Source: a phage
Sequence record: OZ346160.1
DNA length: 51,691 nt
Direction: 5' to 3' (one strand)
The position numbers and the translations under genes are program-made. Below, one piece after another: positions 28,252 through 37,376 of the stretch. Within the stretch, counting starts at the first letter, position 1; every line of letters starts with the position of its first letter. The notes beneath the pieces are model-generated. The model worked only from the letters and a program-made list of their open reading frames with translations. It had not been told where the DNA came from and made no database searches.

Positions 28252-30249
28252 ATGATTCCAAATATCGAAAAACAAATATCAGCGTTAGGCGAGGCAGTAA
28301 TAAAAAGCATCCAAGAGCGATTCACGGTTGGCAATATAGTGCCTTATCCTTATCAGTGCGTTGCGTATGCCGAGATCGCAAAGCGCATGAAAAACTATGA
28401 GCATCCTTTCTTCGTTAAGGCTTCTGTGTCGGCTGGCAAAACTTTGATGTTTGCGATGGTTGCTGCGCAATGCCGCAAAATGGGATTGAAAATGATGGTA
28501 CTTGCTCGCCAAGCTGAAATTGTTGATCAGGATTCGGAAGAGATCAGCAATCTTGGCGTGCCAAACTCAATCTATTGCGCCGGACTGAAAACAAAAAGCG
28601 CATACTTTCCGATCGTAGTCGGTTCTGAGGGCACTGTAGTAAACGGATTGTTTAAGTCGTTAGGTGATTATGTTCCGCACGTTATCGGTATTGATGAATG
28701 TCACCAGGTGGATTGGGAGGATCTCGCTGATGCGATAGAAAATAATGAATCTTACCAGCAGATGACCACTAAGAAGGATTTGCCTGTACTGATTGGAGAA
28801 GAACAGCAATTTGATTCCAATGGCGATCCAATGTTCGGAACAGGGCGCACACAGTACACCGTAATAATCATGGAAATGATGCGCAGGTGTCGCGAGGCAT
28901 ACGGGCACGAATTGCGAATATTCGGTATGACTGGATCTGAGTTTCGCGGCGTGGTTCCAATACTGGTTGAAGATAAGAACAAAAAGGGATTCTGGCGTGA
29001 GCAGGTGACTAACATAGACACAAACTACTTAATCAAATTCGGTTCGGTAGTGCCAACAAATTTCGGCGACGTAGGCGAGCTGGGGTATGACCTTTCAGAG
29101 TTCGAAGCCAGTAGCGAGGATGGCGTTTCAGACTTTGACGCTAAAACATTGCGCAAGATGGAAGAAAAAATCCATCAAGACGCAACAATGACACAGAAAA
29201 TCATGGCTAAAGTCCATGAGATATGCAAAGACAGGAACGGAGTTTTAGTTACATGCGCAGGGGAAAGACACTGCAAGGAGGCCGCCGCCGCACTGCCGCC
29301 AAGCGTTGAATACAGGATCATAACTGGCAAGACTGGAGATAATCAGCGTAAAGAGTGGCTGAGGGAGGCATACGAGGGAAAAGTAAAATACATCTTCCAG
29401 GTACAGGCGCTTACCACTGGCGTTAACGTTCCGTTTTGGGATACTTCTGTAATACTGAGAAAGATAGGATCTCTAACATTGCTTATCCAGCTTTTGGGGC
29501 GCGGTATGCGACTGCTTAAGCAATGGCACATTGAGCAGGGATTCAAGAAAAAAGACCATCTTGTATTGGATTTTGCCGGTACTATGGATGAGTTAGGGGA
29601 TTTGTATTTCGATCCAATCCTTGAGCAAGCGCAATTCCAAAAGAGATTTACAAACGGGAAAGAGCCTAAGACTTGTCCGATATGTGGAACGCTAAACAGC
29701 TTTTACGCTCGCCGATGTATGCACGTAGACGATAACGGGAAGAGATGCGAGCATTTTTGGACTTACAGAATTTGCGAGGACCAGGTAGATCCGAGAACGA
29801 AAAAGATAATCAAGCGCGGTTGCGGAACAAAAAACGACGTAGTGGCGAGAGTATGCCGTTGTTGCGATATTTCTCTTGTCGATCCTAACGAGAAGTTAAG
29901 CGGCAAGCACTACACCAAAAACGATTGGTGCAACGTTAAATCTTTCCGCGTTGATATGACGAAAAACCAGAAAGGAATTGTTTTTTGCTATGAGCTTGAG
30001 GCCAACGGCGACACGTTCAAGGCATACGAAAGATTTTTCCCTGAGTCAGAAAGCAACATTTGCCGGACGATATGGAGAAAAATAGCATTGCAGCACATAC
30101 CGGATCGCAAGATTGCTGGTATGGTGGCGAGCTATAGAAATGCGCGTAAAATAATGTCATACGCTCATCACATCATGCCTCCTGTACGCGTAACGCATCG
30201 CAAAAACGGCAAAGGTGAGGATAACATTGCAAAACGGGAGTTTGTTTAA
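28252..30249 (+). CDS. superfamily-2 DNA helicase with C-terminal zinc-ribbon region
   Basis: 665 aa; Walker A SVSAGKT; DECH box (GIDECHQ); motif VI-like LLGRGMR; C-terminal CPICG..C and CRCCD clusters. Confidence 0.75.
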   Translation: MIPNIEKQISALGEAVIKSIQERFTVGNIVPYPYQCVAYAEIAKRMKNYEHPFFVKASVSAGKTLMFAMVAAQCRKMGLKMMVLARQAEIVDQDSEEISNLGVPNSIYCAGLKTKSAYFPIVVGSEGTVVNGLFKSLGDYVPHVIGIDECHQVDWEDLADAIENNESYQQMTTKKDLPVLIGEEQQFDSNGDPMFGTGRTQYTVIIMEMMRRCREAYGHELRIFGMTGSEFRGVVPILVEDKNKKGFWREQVTNIDTNYLIKFGSVVPTNFGDVGELGYDLSEFEASSEDGVSDFDAKTLRKMEEKIHQDATMTQKIMAKVHEICKDRNGVLVTCAGERHCKEAAAALPPSVEYRIITGKTGDNQRKEWLREAYEGKVKYIFQVQALTTGVNVPFWDTSVILRKIGSLTLLIQLLGRGMRLLKQWHIEQGFKKKDHLVLDFAGTMDELGDLYFDPILEQAQFQKRFTNGKEPKTCPICGTLNSFYARRCMHVDDNGKRCEHFWTYRICEDQVDPRTKKIIKRGCGTKNDVVARVCRCCDISLVDPNEKLSGKHYTKNDWCNVKSFRVDMTKNQKGIVFCYELEANGDTFKAYERFFPESESNICRTIWRKIALQHIPDRKIAGMVASYRNARKIMSYAHHIMPPVRVTHRKNGKGEDNIAKREFV

Positions 30250-30668
30250 TGGCTATAACTGATAAAGGAGATTATCTTGAGTTTTACGAAAGGGATCCAA
30301 CCGACACGAGAAGGGAAGTTAATCACCAGATAGATAGTTTTCAGTGGTTGACTTATGCTCATCCTTATTTGCTGGCGTGGCATACGGTAAACGAGAATGA
30401 GAAGTCTAAAGCAACGGCGATGATTGATCAGCAGTCCGGCTTGGTTAAGGGAGTAAGCGATTTCATCATCCTGATTGGTTTAAACGGAAAATACCCCTTT
30501 GCAGCGATTGAGATCAAACGAGTGAATAAATCAGGCAAGGGGAAAGCATCACCAGTCAGCGATGAACAAAAGGCTTTTTTGCGTCGCGTTCGCAGCTTAG
30601 GAGGATTCGCTGCGGTAGCCTACGGATTCAATCAGTTTAAGTTGGCTATTGAATACATGCTTAAATAG
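30249..30668 (+). CDS. VRR-NUC family nuclease
   Basis: 139 aa; PD-(D/E)xK signature GVSDFIIL..AIEIKR; start overlaps helicase stop (TAATG). Confidence 0.55.
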   Translation: MAITDKGDYLEFYERDPTDTRREVNHQIDSFQWLTYAHPYLLAWHTVNENEKSKATAMIDQQSGLVKGVSDFIILIGLNGKYPFAAIEIKRVNKSGKGKASPVSDEQKAFLRRVRSLGGFAAVAYGFNQFKLAIEYMLK

Positions 30669-30708
30669 CACTTTTTGTTAAAACTGGCGCGATGGATTGC
30701 GCCATAAT
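30664..30708 (+). promoter_or_regulatory. cassette copy upstream of Dam methylase
   Basis: AATAGCACTTTTTGTTAAAAC overlapping upstream stop TAG; hairpin GGCGC..GCGCC; CATAAT at 30703..30708. Confidence 0.55.
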
Positions 30709-30748
30709 TCAATAACACGAGATGGCTTTTAATAGCGGAGAAATGAAA

Positions 30749-31474
30749 ATGGCTAAAGATATTTTAGATAAAGACACCCATGACGCATTCGTTAGCTTTG
30801 AGCAGTTGGAGAGAGAAACGTTTATAGGGAATGCCCTTGCAACTGGAGGCCATTACCAGGCAGTAAAGACAAATCAATATTATAAGGTAAGCGGAAACCG
30901 ATACGCTGGAAGCACTACGCCGGACGTTGTGCGAGATATGTGGAGCACGCCTCAAGAGATCGTGGAGTGGATGGAATCAGAATTTGGTGAATACGATCTC
31001 GATGCGGCAGCAAGCCAGGAAAACGCAGTTTGCGAGAAGTTCTATAGCAAGGAAACAAACTGCTTAAAGCGTTGGTGGGGTAGCAATAAGCACGTATGGC
31101 TTAACCCGCCGTACAGCAACCCAACTCCATTTATCAAGAAAGCAATTGAGCAAATGGAGCACAACAACCAAATTGATGTTTTGTTGCCAGCCGACAACTC
31201 TACAGCATGGTTTTATGAGGCGCAGAAAAACGCGGCTGAAATCATCTGGATCACTGGTGAGGTTTACGAAGAGGGTGGAGTAGAATACTCCCGCACCGGA
31301 AGAATTGCCTTTGTGTCTGGATTGACTGGTGAGCCTGTGCAGGGAAACAACAAGGGAAGCGTGATTTTTGTCATGCGCAAACTTAAAGAAGGCGAGGAGC
31401 AGAAAACGCGATACGTTAAGATCAGCGATATTTGCCCTTCTGTAACCGAACGTCGCGCACGCAAACGGAGCTAA
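30749..31474 (+). CDS. dam: DNA N6-adenine methyltransferase (phage Dam family)
   Basis: NPPY catalytic motif (HVWLNPPYSNP); start chosen at MAKDIL (GGAG 8 nt upstream; alternatives at 30722/30743). Confidence 0.7.
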   Translation: MAKDILDKDTHDAFVSFEQLERETFIGNALATGGHYQAVKTNQYYKVSGNRYAGSTTPDVVRDMWSTPQEIVEWMESEFGEYDLDAAASQENAVCEKFYSKETNCLKRWWGSNKHVWLNPPYSNPTPFIKKAIEQMEHNNQIDVLLPADNSTAWFYEAQKNAAEIIWITGEVYEEGGVEYSRTGRIAFVSGLTGEPVQGNNKGSVIFVMRKLKEGEEQKTRYVKISDICPSVTERRARKRS

Positions 31475-31478
31475 CACG

Positions 31479-31736
31479 ATGGAAAAAGAGAGAAGCGTTT
31501 ATTTAAATGAAACTGGCGAGTGGTTGTTATTTCGCGCTATGGTGTGCGATGCACTTGATAAAAACCCTAACGTGAAAAAGATGATTGATTGCGATCCGTG
31601 GGAATTTTCAAGCGCATTAGATATGAGCTTTGAGGAGACAAGAAAACTCCCGCTTGAAAAATGGCACGAACAAATCAGAAATGACATGCAAGAGTTTGTT
31701 GATTCGTGGAATTTTCAGCACGGAATGATCCACTAA
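31479..31736 (+). CDS. hypothetical protein
   Basis: 85-aa ORF; stop codon embedded in cassette motif. Confidence 0.45.
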   Translation: MEKERSVYLNETGEWLLFRAMVCDALDKNPNVKKMIDCDPWEFSSALDMSFEETRKLPLEKWHEQIRNDMQEFVDSWNFQHGMIH

Positions 31737-31779
31737 TAGCACTTTTTGTTAAAACGCCCGGCCTAGTGTCGGGCATAAT
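31735..31779 (+). promoter_or_regulatory. cassette copy
   Basis: Consensus motif overlapping stop; hairpin GCCCGG..CGGGC; CATAAT at 31774..31779. Confidence 0.55.
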
Positions 31780-31811
31780 TATTTCAACGAAGCAAACATG
31801 AGGAAATAAAA

Positions 31812-31991
31812 ATGGTGGTATTCGATAAACGCGCTTTTAATCTTGCTCAAGAAGTAGCAAAAGGTTCAGTAGAGGGCGGATCAAAGGAAGGATTCCAGTT
31901 TGATTGGGGAATCGCGATGTTCTTACTGAAAGTTGCATACGGTCACGCGCCAATTGAACAAGCGGAGGCATATTATAAGCATGAAGGTTGA
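31812..31991 (+). CDS. hypothetical small protein (59 aa, not in ORF track)
   Basis: ATG preceded by GAGGA; sits one cassette-to-ATG distance downstream of cassette 31735; hand-translated MVVFDKRAFNLAQEV... Confidence 0.35.
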   Translation: MVVFDKRAFNLAQEVAKGSVEGGSKEGFQFDWGIAMFLLKVAYGHAPIEQAEAYYKHEG

Positions 31992-32223
31992 GCAAGGAAG
32001 AGATGCGGTATGGAATCACGCTAAAGAATGCGGTATTGCCGACGATATAAAGAAGATCGCGCAATACTTTGATATTGCAGATGTGAGCATAATTAGCGGC
32101 GACAAGATGACTTTCCTCAAGGAAAGGCCGCGAAAAATGGTAAGAGTTCCAGCAGTTCCAACAAAAATTGATTTCAAAGAGGCAATGGCTAAAATCCGAG
32201 AGCCTCGCAAATATTATAAATGA
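31981..32223 (+). CDS. hypothetical protein
   Basis: Start MKVEQG overlapping previous stop; GGAGG 12 nt upstream. Confidence 0.4.
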   Translation: MKVEQGRDAVWNHAKECGIADDIKKIAQYFDIADVSIISGDKMTFLKERPRKMVRVPAVPTKIDFKEAMAKIREPRKYYK

Positions 32224-32317
32224 GGATAGTTATCATGTGGCGCTTGTTTGTTCTACCGTTACCCGTTATCATCGCTGTTACAGTTATGTACCATATAGTA
32301 ATGAGATAGGTAGCAGA

Positions 32318-33433
32318 ATGAAAAATGTAAAAATTACAGATGAGCAATTCAAGATCGAACGGGCGGCGGGTAAGACATATAAACAGATCGCTCAAGAGTA
32401 CGGGATGAATGTGAGAAGCGTCGAGCGTCGCGCTGCGCGTCTTGCAAAACAAGGACAGGTGTCAACCATTGGAGCGCCTGGTTTTGGTGTTCATGGTGAG
32501 TCAGTAATGACAGACAAAGAAGGCAATATAATCCTCAAGTGGACAAAAACCAGCAAGGACAAAGAGCAATTAGAAGCATTGATGCGCGCAGCAATGGAGG
32601 CGTTTAGCGAGGAAGTGCCGCGATTAGATCCAGTTCCATTGCAGGAGCGTAACTATAATGAAACGCTTTCATTGTATCCGATCTTTGACATGCACTTAGG
32701 AGCTATGGCACATAAGCACGAATGCGGAGAAAATTGGGATACAGCTACGGCTGAGCGCGTTATGAATAACTTTATCGACTATGCTTTGATGTGCGCACCG
32801 GACAGCGAAAAGGCTGTTATCCTGATTGGTGGCGATATGCTGCATAGCGACGGCCTGGAGGCGGTGACACCTGCAAGCGGTCACGTACTTGATCAAGATA
32901 GCCGATATGCAAAATTGGTTTACGTTGCAATCCGTGCAATGCGTCGCGCAATTAATAAAATGCTGTTAAAGCATAAACATGTTGAGGTGCAGATCGTAGA
33001 GGGGAATCACGACCAATCAGGAATGATTTGGCTACGCGCAGCAATGGCGGCAGCATATGAGAACGAGCCGCGCGTTTACGTTGATGTTTCTCCTCGCGTT
33101 GTTCACCACACGCAATACGGAAAAACTTTCCTTGCGTACCATCACGGGCACACAGTGCGCAAACCTGAGACTTTGCTAATGATGTGCGCGTCAGATTGGC
33201 GGGAGGACTTCGGAAACTCAAAAACGATGTATGCGCACGTAGGGCACTGGCATCACCAGACCGTGACAGAAACGTCGCTTGGCATCGTGGAAGTGCATAG
33301 CACCCTGGCGGCAAAAGACGCATACGCCGCGCGCGGTGGCTGGAGATCTCGACGCCGTGCGGCGGTTATCATTTACGACAAAGAGCATGGAGAAGTCGGG
33401 CGATTTGTTCACTATCCAGAAATGATGAATTGA
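32318..33433 (+). CDS. calcineurin-like metallophosphoesterase with N-terminal HTH domain
   Basis: Start MKNVKIT; HTH-like KTYKQIAQEYGMNVRSVERRAARL; phosphoesterase motifs DMH, GGDMLHSD, GNHD, HHGH, GHWHH. Confidence 0.65.
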   Translation: MKNVKITDEQFKIERAAGKTYKQIAQEYGMNVRSVERRAARLAKQGQVSTIGAPGFGVHGESVMTDKEGNIILKWTKTSKDKEQLEALMRAAMEAFSEEVPRLDPVPLQERNYNETLSLYPIFDMHLGAMAHKHECGENWDTATAERVMNNFIDYALMCAPDSEKAVILIGGDMLHSDGLEAVTPASGHVLDQDSRYAKLVYVAIRAMRRAINKMLLKHKHVEVQIVEGNHDQSGMIWLRAAMAAAYENEPRVYVDVSPRVVHHTQYGKTFLAYHHGHTVRKPETLLMMCASDWREDFGNSKTMYAHVGHWHHQTVTETSLGIVEVHSTLAAKDAYAARGGWRSRRRAAVIIYDKEHGEVGRFVHYPEMMN

Positions 33434-33480
33434 TGAATTTTTATTTAAATCAATGACAAATTAAATCAAAAACTTGCAAA

Positions 33481-33510
33481 GGGGCGGCGTTTGTCGCCTC
33501 TTTTTTTTGT
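33481..33510 (+). terminator. terminator-like element before lysis cassette
   Basis: GC-rich imperfect hairpin followed by T8. Confidence 0.4.
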
Positions 33511-33578
33511 TTAATTTTTTACCATGTGCGTTTATCATGCGGTCAATATATTGACTTTAATTAATATGGAGAATAAAA

Positions 33579-33794
33579 ATGAAAGATTTTATTAACGCAG
33601 CTACCGCCGGATCTGGCGGTTCATCTATCGCAAGCGCCGCTACAGGGCAGTTAACCATTGCTATTGCCAGTTTTGTTTTAATGGCTGCATTCGGTGCGTG
33701 GGGCGCTTACCTTCGCTGGCGTGATAGTAAAAAATTCCACGAGGCGATCGAAAAAGGTGATATTCAAAAAGCTATTGAGATCAGGGGCAAGTAA
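33579..33794 (+). CDS. holin (pinholin-like)
   Basis: 71 aa, Gly/Ala-rich hydrophobic segments, charged C-terminus; immediately upstream of SAR endolysin. Confidence 0.55.
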   Translation: MKDFINAATAGSGGSSIASAATGQLTIAIASFVLMAAFGAWGAYLRWRDSKKFHEAIEKGDIQKAIEIRGK

Positions 33795-34285
33795 TGAGCA
33801 TAAAGAACAGGGTAGCGGCTGCGGCCTTTGGCGTTGCGGTTGCCTTGACTTCTCCACTTCTTGAAGAAATCGAAGGGGTAAGATACAAGCCATACAAAGA
33901 TATTGCGGGGGTATGGACGGTTTGCGCAGGAATCACCGGACCCGATGTTATCCTGGGGAAAACGTACACTAAAAAAGAGTGTGATGCTTTGTTGGCTAAG
34001 CATATCCAGGTTGCCAAAAAGGAAGTTGATAAGCAAGTTAAGGTTGACATTCCTGATAGTATGCGTGCAGCAATGTACTCATTCACTTACAATGCAGGTG
34101 TGGGAGCTTTCAGAAATTCAACAATGCTGAAACTCATCAACCAGGGGAAACTAAAAGATGCTTGCGATCAGCTTTATCGTTGGACGTATTACCACAACCC
34201 CAAAACAGGAAGGCGCGAGAAGTCTAAAGGCTTACTTAACAGGCGCAAGGTCGAATACAAATATTGCACAATGGATCTGAAATGA
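33794..34285 (+). CDS. SAR endolysin (T4-type lysozyme, GH24)
   Basis: Catalytic E-x8-D-x5-T triad ([16 protein letters not shown]); weakly hydrophobic Ala/Gly-rich N-terminal signal-arrest-release segment. Confidence 0.8.
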   Translation: MSIKNRVAAAAFGVAVALTSPLLEEIEGVRYKPYKDIAGVWTVCAGITGPDVILGKTYTKKECDALLAKHIQVAKKEVDKQVKVDIPDSMRAAMYSFTYNAGVGAFRNSTMLKLINQGKLKDACDQLYRWTYYHNPKTGRREKSKGLLNRRKVEYKYCTMDLK

Positions 34286-34677
34286 TGAAGAAATTTTTAC
34301 TTACACCAATCGCAATGGCGGTGATCTTGTCTGGATGTTCAAGCGTTACGCCACTGACCGGATTAATCGGCAGTAAGCCGGAAATCACAGCACAGGCTGG
34401 CGCGGAGAACGTGAAGCAGACAGTTGGCATTACAGCAAAGCAGGACGCCAGCACAAAACAGAAAACCACAATAAAGGAATCTTCGGTTGACAAGGTGGAT
34501 ACGTCCAGCAAGAAGGATTTCACAACATCAACCATTCAGGCCAATACCATCAAGGCAGAAAAAATTCAGGTCGTGCAGGGTAATAACGGCAGATGGTACG
34601 ATCCAATAATCATATGCGTGGTTGTGTTCATTGTGCTGATTTGTCTTTACTGGAGGGAAAAGAAAAAGGAGGCTTAA
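34282..34677 (+). CDS. unimolecular spanin (u-spanin)
   Basis: Start MMKKFLL; lipobox LSGCS at N-terminus and single C-terminal transmembrane segment ([16 protein letters not shown]); last gene of lysis cassette. Confidence 0.65.
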   Translation: MMKKFLLTPIAMAVILSGCSSVTPLTGLIGSKPEITAQAGAENVKQTVGITAKQDASTKQKTTIKESSVDKVDTSSKKDFTTSTIQANTIKAEKIQVVQGNNGRWYDPIIICVVVFIVLICLYWREKKKEA

Positions 34678-34693
34678 TGCCTCCTTTATTTTT
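34662..34693. terminator. bidirectional terminator after spanin gene
   Basis: AGGAGGC-ttaat-GCCTCCT followed by TTTATTTTTAT; spanin stop codon lies in loop. Confidence 0.6.
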
Positions 34694-34916
34694 ATGCGTC
34701 GGGCCACATATGAGTTTCGTTTGTTGGCTTGTTCGATTCGTCGTACTGCCTTACTTCAATGCTGCAAGTGTCGCCGTACAGTTCTGCAATCTTGCGCTCA
34801 TTTTCAACCGCCGATTGCTCACTCCATCCAAAATCCCTGTCGTAAATTGTCGGTATTTCAGCAGAAGATCCGTTGTCATGATTATATACGCGAACTACTA
34901 AAAACTTGCTGGACAT
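34692..34916 (-). CDS. hypothetical protein
   Basis: 74-aa ORF downstream of cassette 34953..34997 on - strand. Confidence 0.45.
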   Translation of the reverse strand: MSSKFLVVRVYNHDNGSSAEIPTIYDRDFGWSEQSAVENERKIAELYGDTCSIEVRQYDESNKPTNETHMWPDA

Positions 34917-34952
34917 AATTTTACCTTTTGGTTGTTTCGTTTCGATGAAACA

Positions 34953-34997
34953 AATATACCCGACACTAGGCCGGGCGTTTTAACAAAAAATGCTATT
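34953..34997 (-). promoter_or_regulatory. cassette copy (near-identical inverted copy of 31735..31779)
   Basis: Reverse-complement AATAGCATTTTTTGTTAAAACGCCCGGCCTAGTGTCGGGTATATT. Confidence 0.55.
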
Positions 34998-35113
34998 CCA
35001 TACGCTTTACCGTAACCAGTAATACACCATCATCATTGCATAAAACATGTTCAGTGGTGCTAAAAGCGCGCATATCTGAATAAAGTAGCGTAAGTAAAGC
35101 ATGAATAAAATCC

Positions 35114-35509
35114 TCATGTGATATTGAATTTACGGCGCAGTGCTTCAAGATCTTGTCTATTAGCTTTTGCCTGGAACAATTCATCATCGCCCATCTCCCC
35201 TATTCTCGCCATATCCCTGATCCAGTCGTTGCGCATACCATCCAGGCTATACAATTCGAATCCGAAAGGCCGCTTTGACGATCCTTTGGACCAGTATTTT
35301 CCGCAGACCCCATCTATATAACCAGCCGTCATCATTCTTGCGCAAAATTCCTTAGATGCAAGGCTGGCGAACATTCGCGGCGTAAGTCCGGCGGCCCGTG
35401 CGAGCCGCTCGCATTCTCTATGCTGATAGATAAATTTGGCTATGTGCTGCCTGTTAAACCAGTCGTATGACTCACACCATTTATACAGATCAAGCAAAAA
35501 CATAATCAT
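35114..35509 (-). CDS. hypothetical protein
   Basis: 131 aa, translationally coupled (ATGA) to upstream NTPase gene. Confidence 0.45.
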   Translation of the reverse strand: MIMFLLDLYKWCESYDWFNRQHIAKFIYQHRECERLARAAGLTPRMFASLASKEFCARMMTAGYIDGVCGKYWSKGSSKRPFGFELYSLDGMRNDWIRDMARIGEMGDDELFQAKANRQDLEALRRKFNIT

Positions 35510-37086
35510 CCCAGCAGTATTGGATTGACAAAAATAACACCATTAATAACACAAACATAATTTCTTTCTTCCAGCATTGGCAGCAAGTGCCCTTCTATCC
35601 TCTTCATTACTCCAGCCTGACCAACGAAAGGTTTTACCTTTCTCGCTGATTCGTACAGGGCGCGGATATTCAGAATCCCTTTATTAGCCTTGCCGTGTCT
35701 AGTGATCAATTCAATCAATTTACCCATTTCAGCATCATCACCAGCATAACCAGAAGCATTGGCGGCGCTAATGTATGTTTTGCTCAATTCCTGAAACATG
35801 ATCAGCGCCTCTTGCATTGTTTCCACGTCGATCTCTTTCGACTTCTGCGGGTATCCGGCAGGATTAAACCAGTTGCGGATAACATGCAGGACGGAAGCAA
35901 GCCTGATCACCTGTTTATCCATTTTACCCAGCGCACCGCGTAACATTGTATGAGAATACTTTCCGCCGTCTGCAAGATGCGGTTCCATATCCTGGCGAGC
36001 AATGTTGAGCACTCGCATAGCTGAACGGCTTATTTTCAGCGATATATTTGATTCGCTCATGATGTTATGCACCAATTGATAATATTGGGCCTTCAATTCA
36101 GGATCCACTGCCTCATAGGTAGAATCACCATTTTCATCAATGAATGAGCGACGGCCTAAGAATGATTCCTCACGGACCAACAAAAAGCGCTCACTCACAC
36201 CGATACCGCGCGATCCAGCGTCCATGATTCCGCTTATCGTTTCATCCTGGGCTATAACGCTCATACATCCAAGTGCGCGAAAACTCATGTTATTGTCAGC
36301 ATTAGCACGGGCAATTGATACGTGACCATTATCCCACGCCTTAAGCACTAGCTCACTGTTAGTCTTCCTTTCGCTATTGGCATAGGTCAAGCCTAACAGA
36401 CTGTTAATACTTGTTGCTTCGTCAGATATTACGGCAAAGTTACCTTGCTTGTTGTTGATTTTTGCCAAGCCTTCTGGAGTTGTATCTGAAACAGGGAAAG
36501 TTATATCACACATCTTTTCCAGCTTCTCCTCCAGATCCTCTTTTTCCTGGTATAGAGATTCCATATCAGCGCCTGATCTTTCGCTTTTCATCTCCTTTGC
36601 AAGACCTGCCAACTTTGCCTGTATTTTCTTTCTTTCCTTGCGGCGTTGCTCGTTGATCTTCTCAACTTCCGCAATCATCGGAGCAATAGCCATACTATTG
36701 ATCGCAGATTTACCAGTTGACGGCGGCTGGCTTGTAACGACGTAAAGCGCAGTCGGCTGATCGGTCCCGTGATAGTCAACCGTAAAGCGTCCAAGCATAG
36801 CGGCAGAAATGCAGCCGATAAAGTGCATGTAAGCCGATGATTCAGGGAATTGAACGGATCGCGCAATACTTCGTGATAACTTTCCGACAACATCAATATC
36901 ATTACCAAGAGAAATGACGGGGTAGCGATCGTGACCGCTATTTACATCCTTTACGTCGCCCCAAAAGCTGGACGACTGGCGATAGCCGTTAGCCTGAATT
37001 GATACGCGAACTGGCGAAAGGTTCTGGCTTTCAGCCATAGCGATTATTTGCTGTGGAGTTAATTTGTTCGTTTCTAATGAAAACAT
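35506..37086 (-). CDS. P-loop NTPase of unknown function (DUF3987-like)
   Basis: 526 aa; Walker A-like QPPSTGKS; AGGAG RBS; own cassette upstream. Confidence 0.55.
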   Translation of the reverse strand: MFSLETNKLTPQQIIAMAESQNLSPVRVSIQANGYRQSSSFWGDVKDVNSGHDRYPVISLGNDIDVVGKLSRSIARSVQFPESSAYMHFIGCISAAMLGRFTVDYHGTDQPTALYVVTSQPPSTGKSAINSMAIAPMIAEVEKINEQRRKERKKIQAKLAGLAKEMKSERSGADMESLYQEKEDLEEKLEKMCDITFPVSDTTPEGLAKINNKQGNFAVISDEATSINSLLGLTYANSERKTNSELVLKAWDNGHVSIARANADNNMSFRALGCMSVIAQDETISGIMDAGSRGIGVSERFLLVREESFLGRRSFIDENGDSTYEAVDPELKAQYYQLVHNIMSESNISLKISRSAMRVLNIARQDMEPHLADGGKYSHTMLRGALGKMDKQVIRLASVLHVIRNWFNPAGYPQKSKEIDVETMQEALIMFQELSKTYISAANASGYAGDDAEMGKLIELITRHGKANKGILNIRALYESARKVKPFVGQAGVMKRIEGHLLPMLEERNYVCVINGVIFVNPILLG

Positions 37087-37114
37087 TCGTTAGCTTCTCC
37101 TTTGTGGGCCGTAA

Positions 37115-37159
37115 ATTTTAACGGCCCAATACTACCCCGTTTTGTCAAAAAGTGCTATT
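37115..37159 (-). promoter_or_regulatory. cassette copy (TTGACA variant) upstream of P-loop NTPase gene
   Basis: AATAGCACTTTTTGACAAAAC; hairpin GGGCCG..CGGCCC; TAAAAT at positions 40-45. Confidence 0.5.
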
Positions 37160-37376
37160 TGATCCGCTCTATTGCAACCAGAAGTCGATCAGGCTGGCGG
37201 TCGCTGTAGCATTCTCCTGTAATCCCATCCTTAAACGTAAAGTAAAGCGCCTTATGATATGAAAAACCAATCAGCCAACCTACCGCCGTTTTTTTGATGG
37301 GCCTGACTATATCGCCAGGCTTGAAAGTCTTTGTGGTAGAATGCGTTACTTTGTAACGGTTTTCACTGTTTATCAC
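37155..37376 (-). CDS. hypothetical protein
   Basis: 73-aa ORF coupled to upstream gene; stop inside cassette motif. Confidence 0.45.
   Translation of the reverse strand: MINSENRYKVTHSTTKTFKPGDIVRPIKKTAVGWLIGFSYHKALYFTFKDGITGECYSDRQPDRLLVAIERIK

Noticed and set aside
31064-31477. 137-aa - strand ORF antisense to the Dam methyltransferase gene
   Set aside because: Fully contained within a gene with a clear catalytic motif on the other strand; no RBS
34993-35187. 64-aa - strand ORF overlapping gene 35114..35509
   Set aside because: Overlaps the better-supported gene by about 74 nt in another frame and has no obvious RBS; left unannotated
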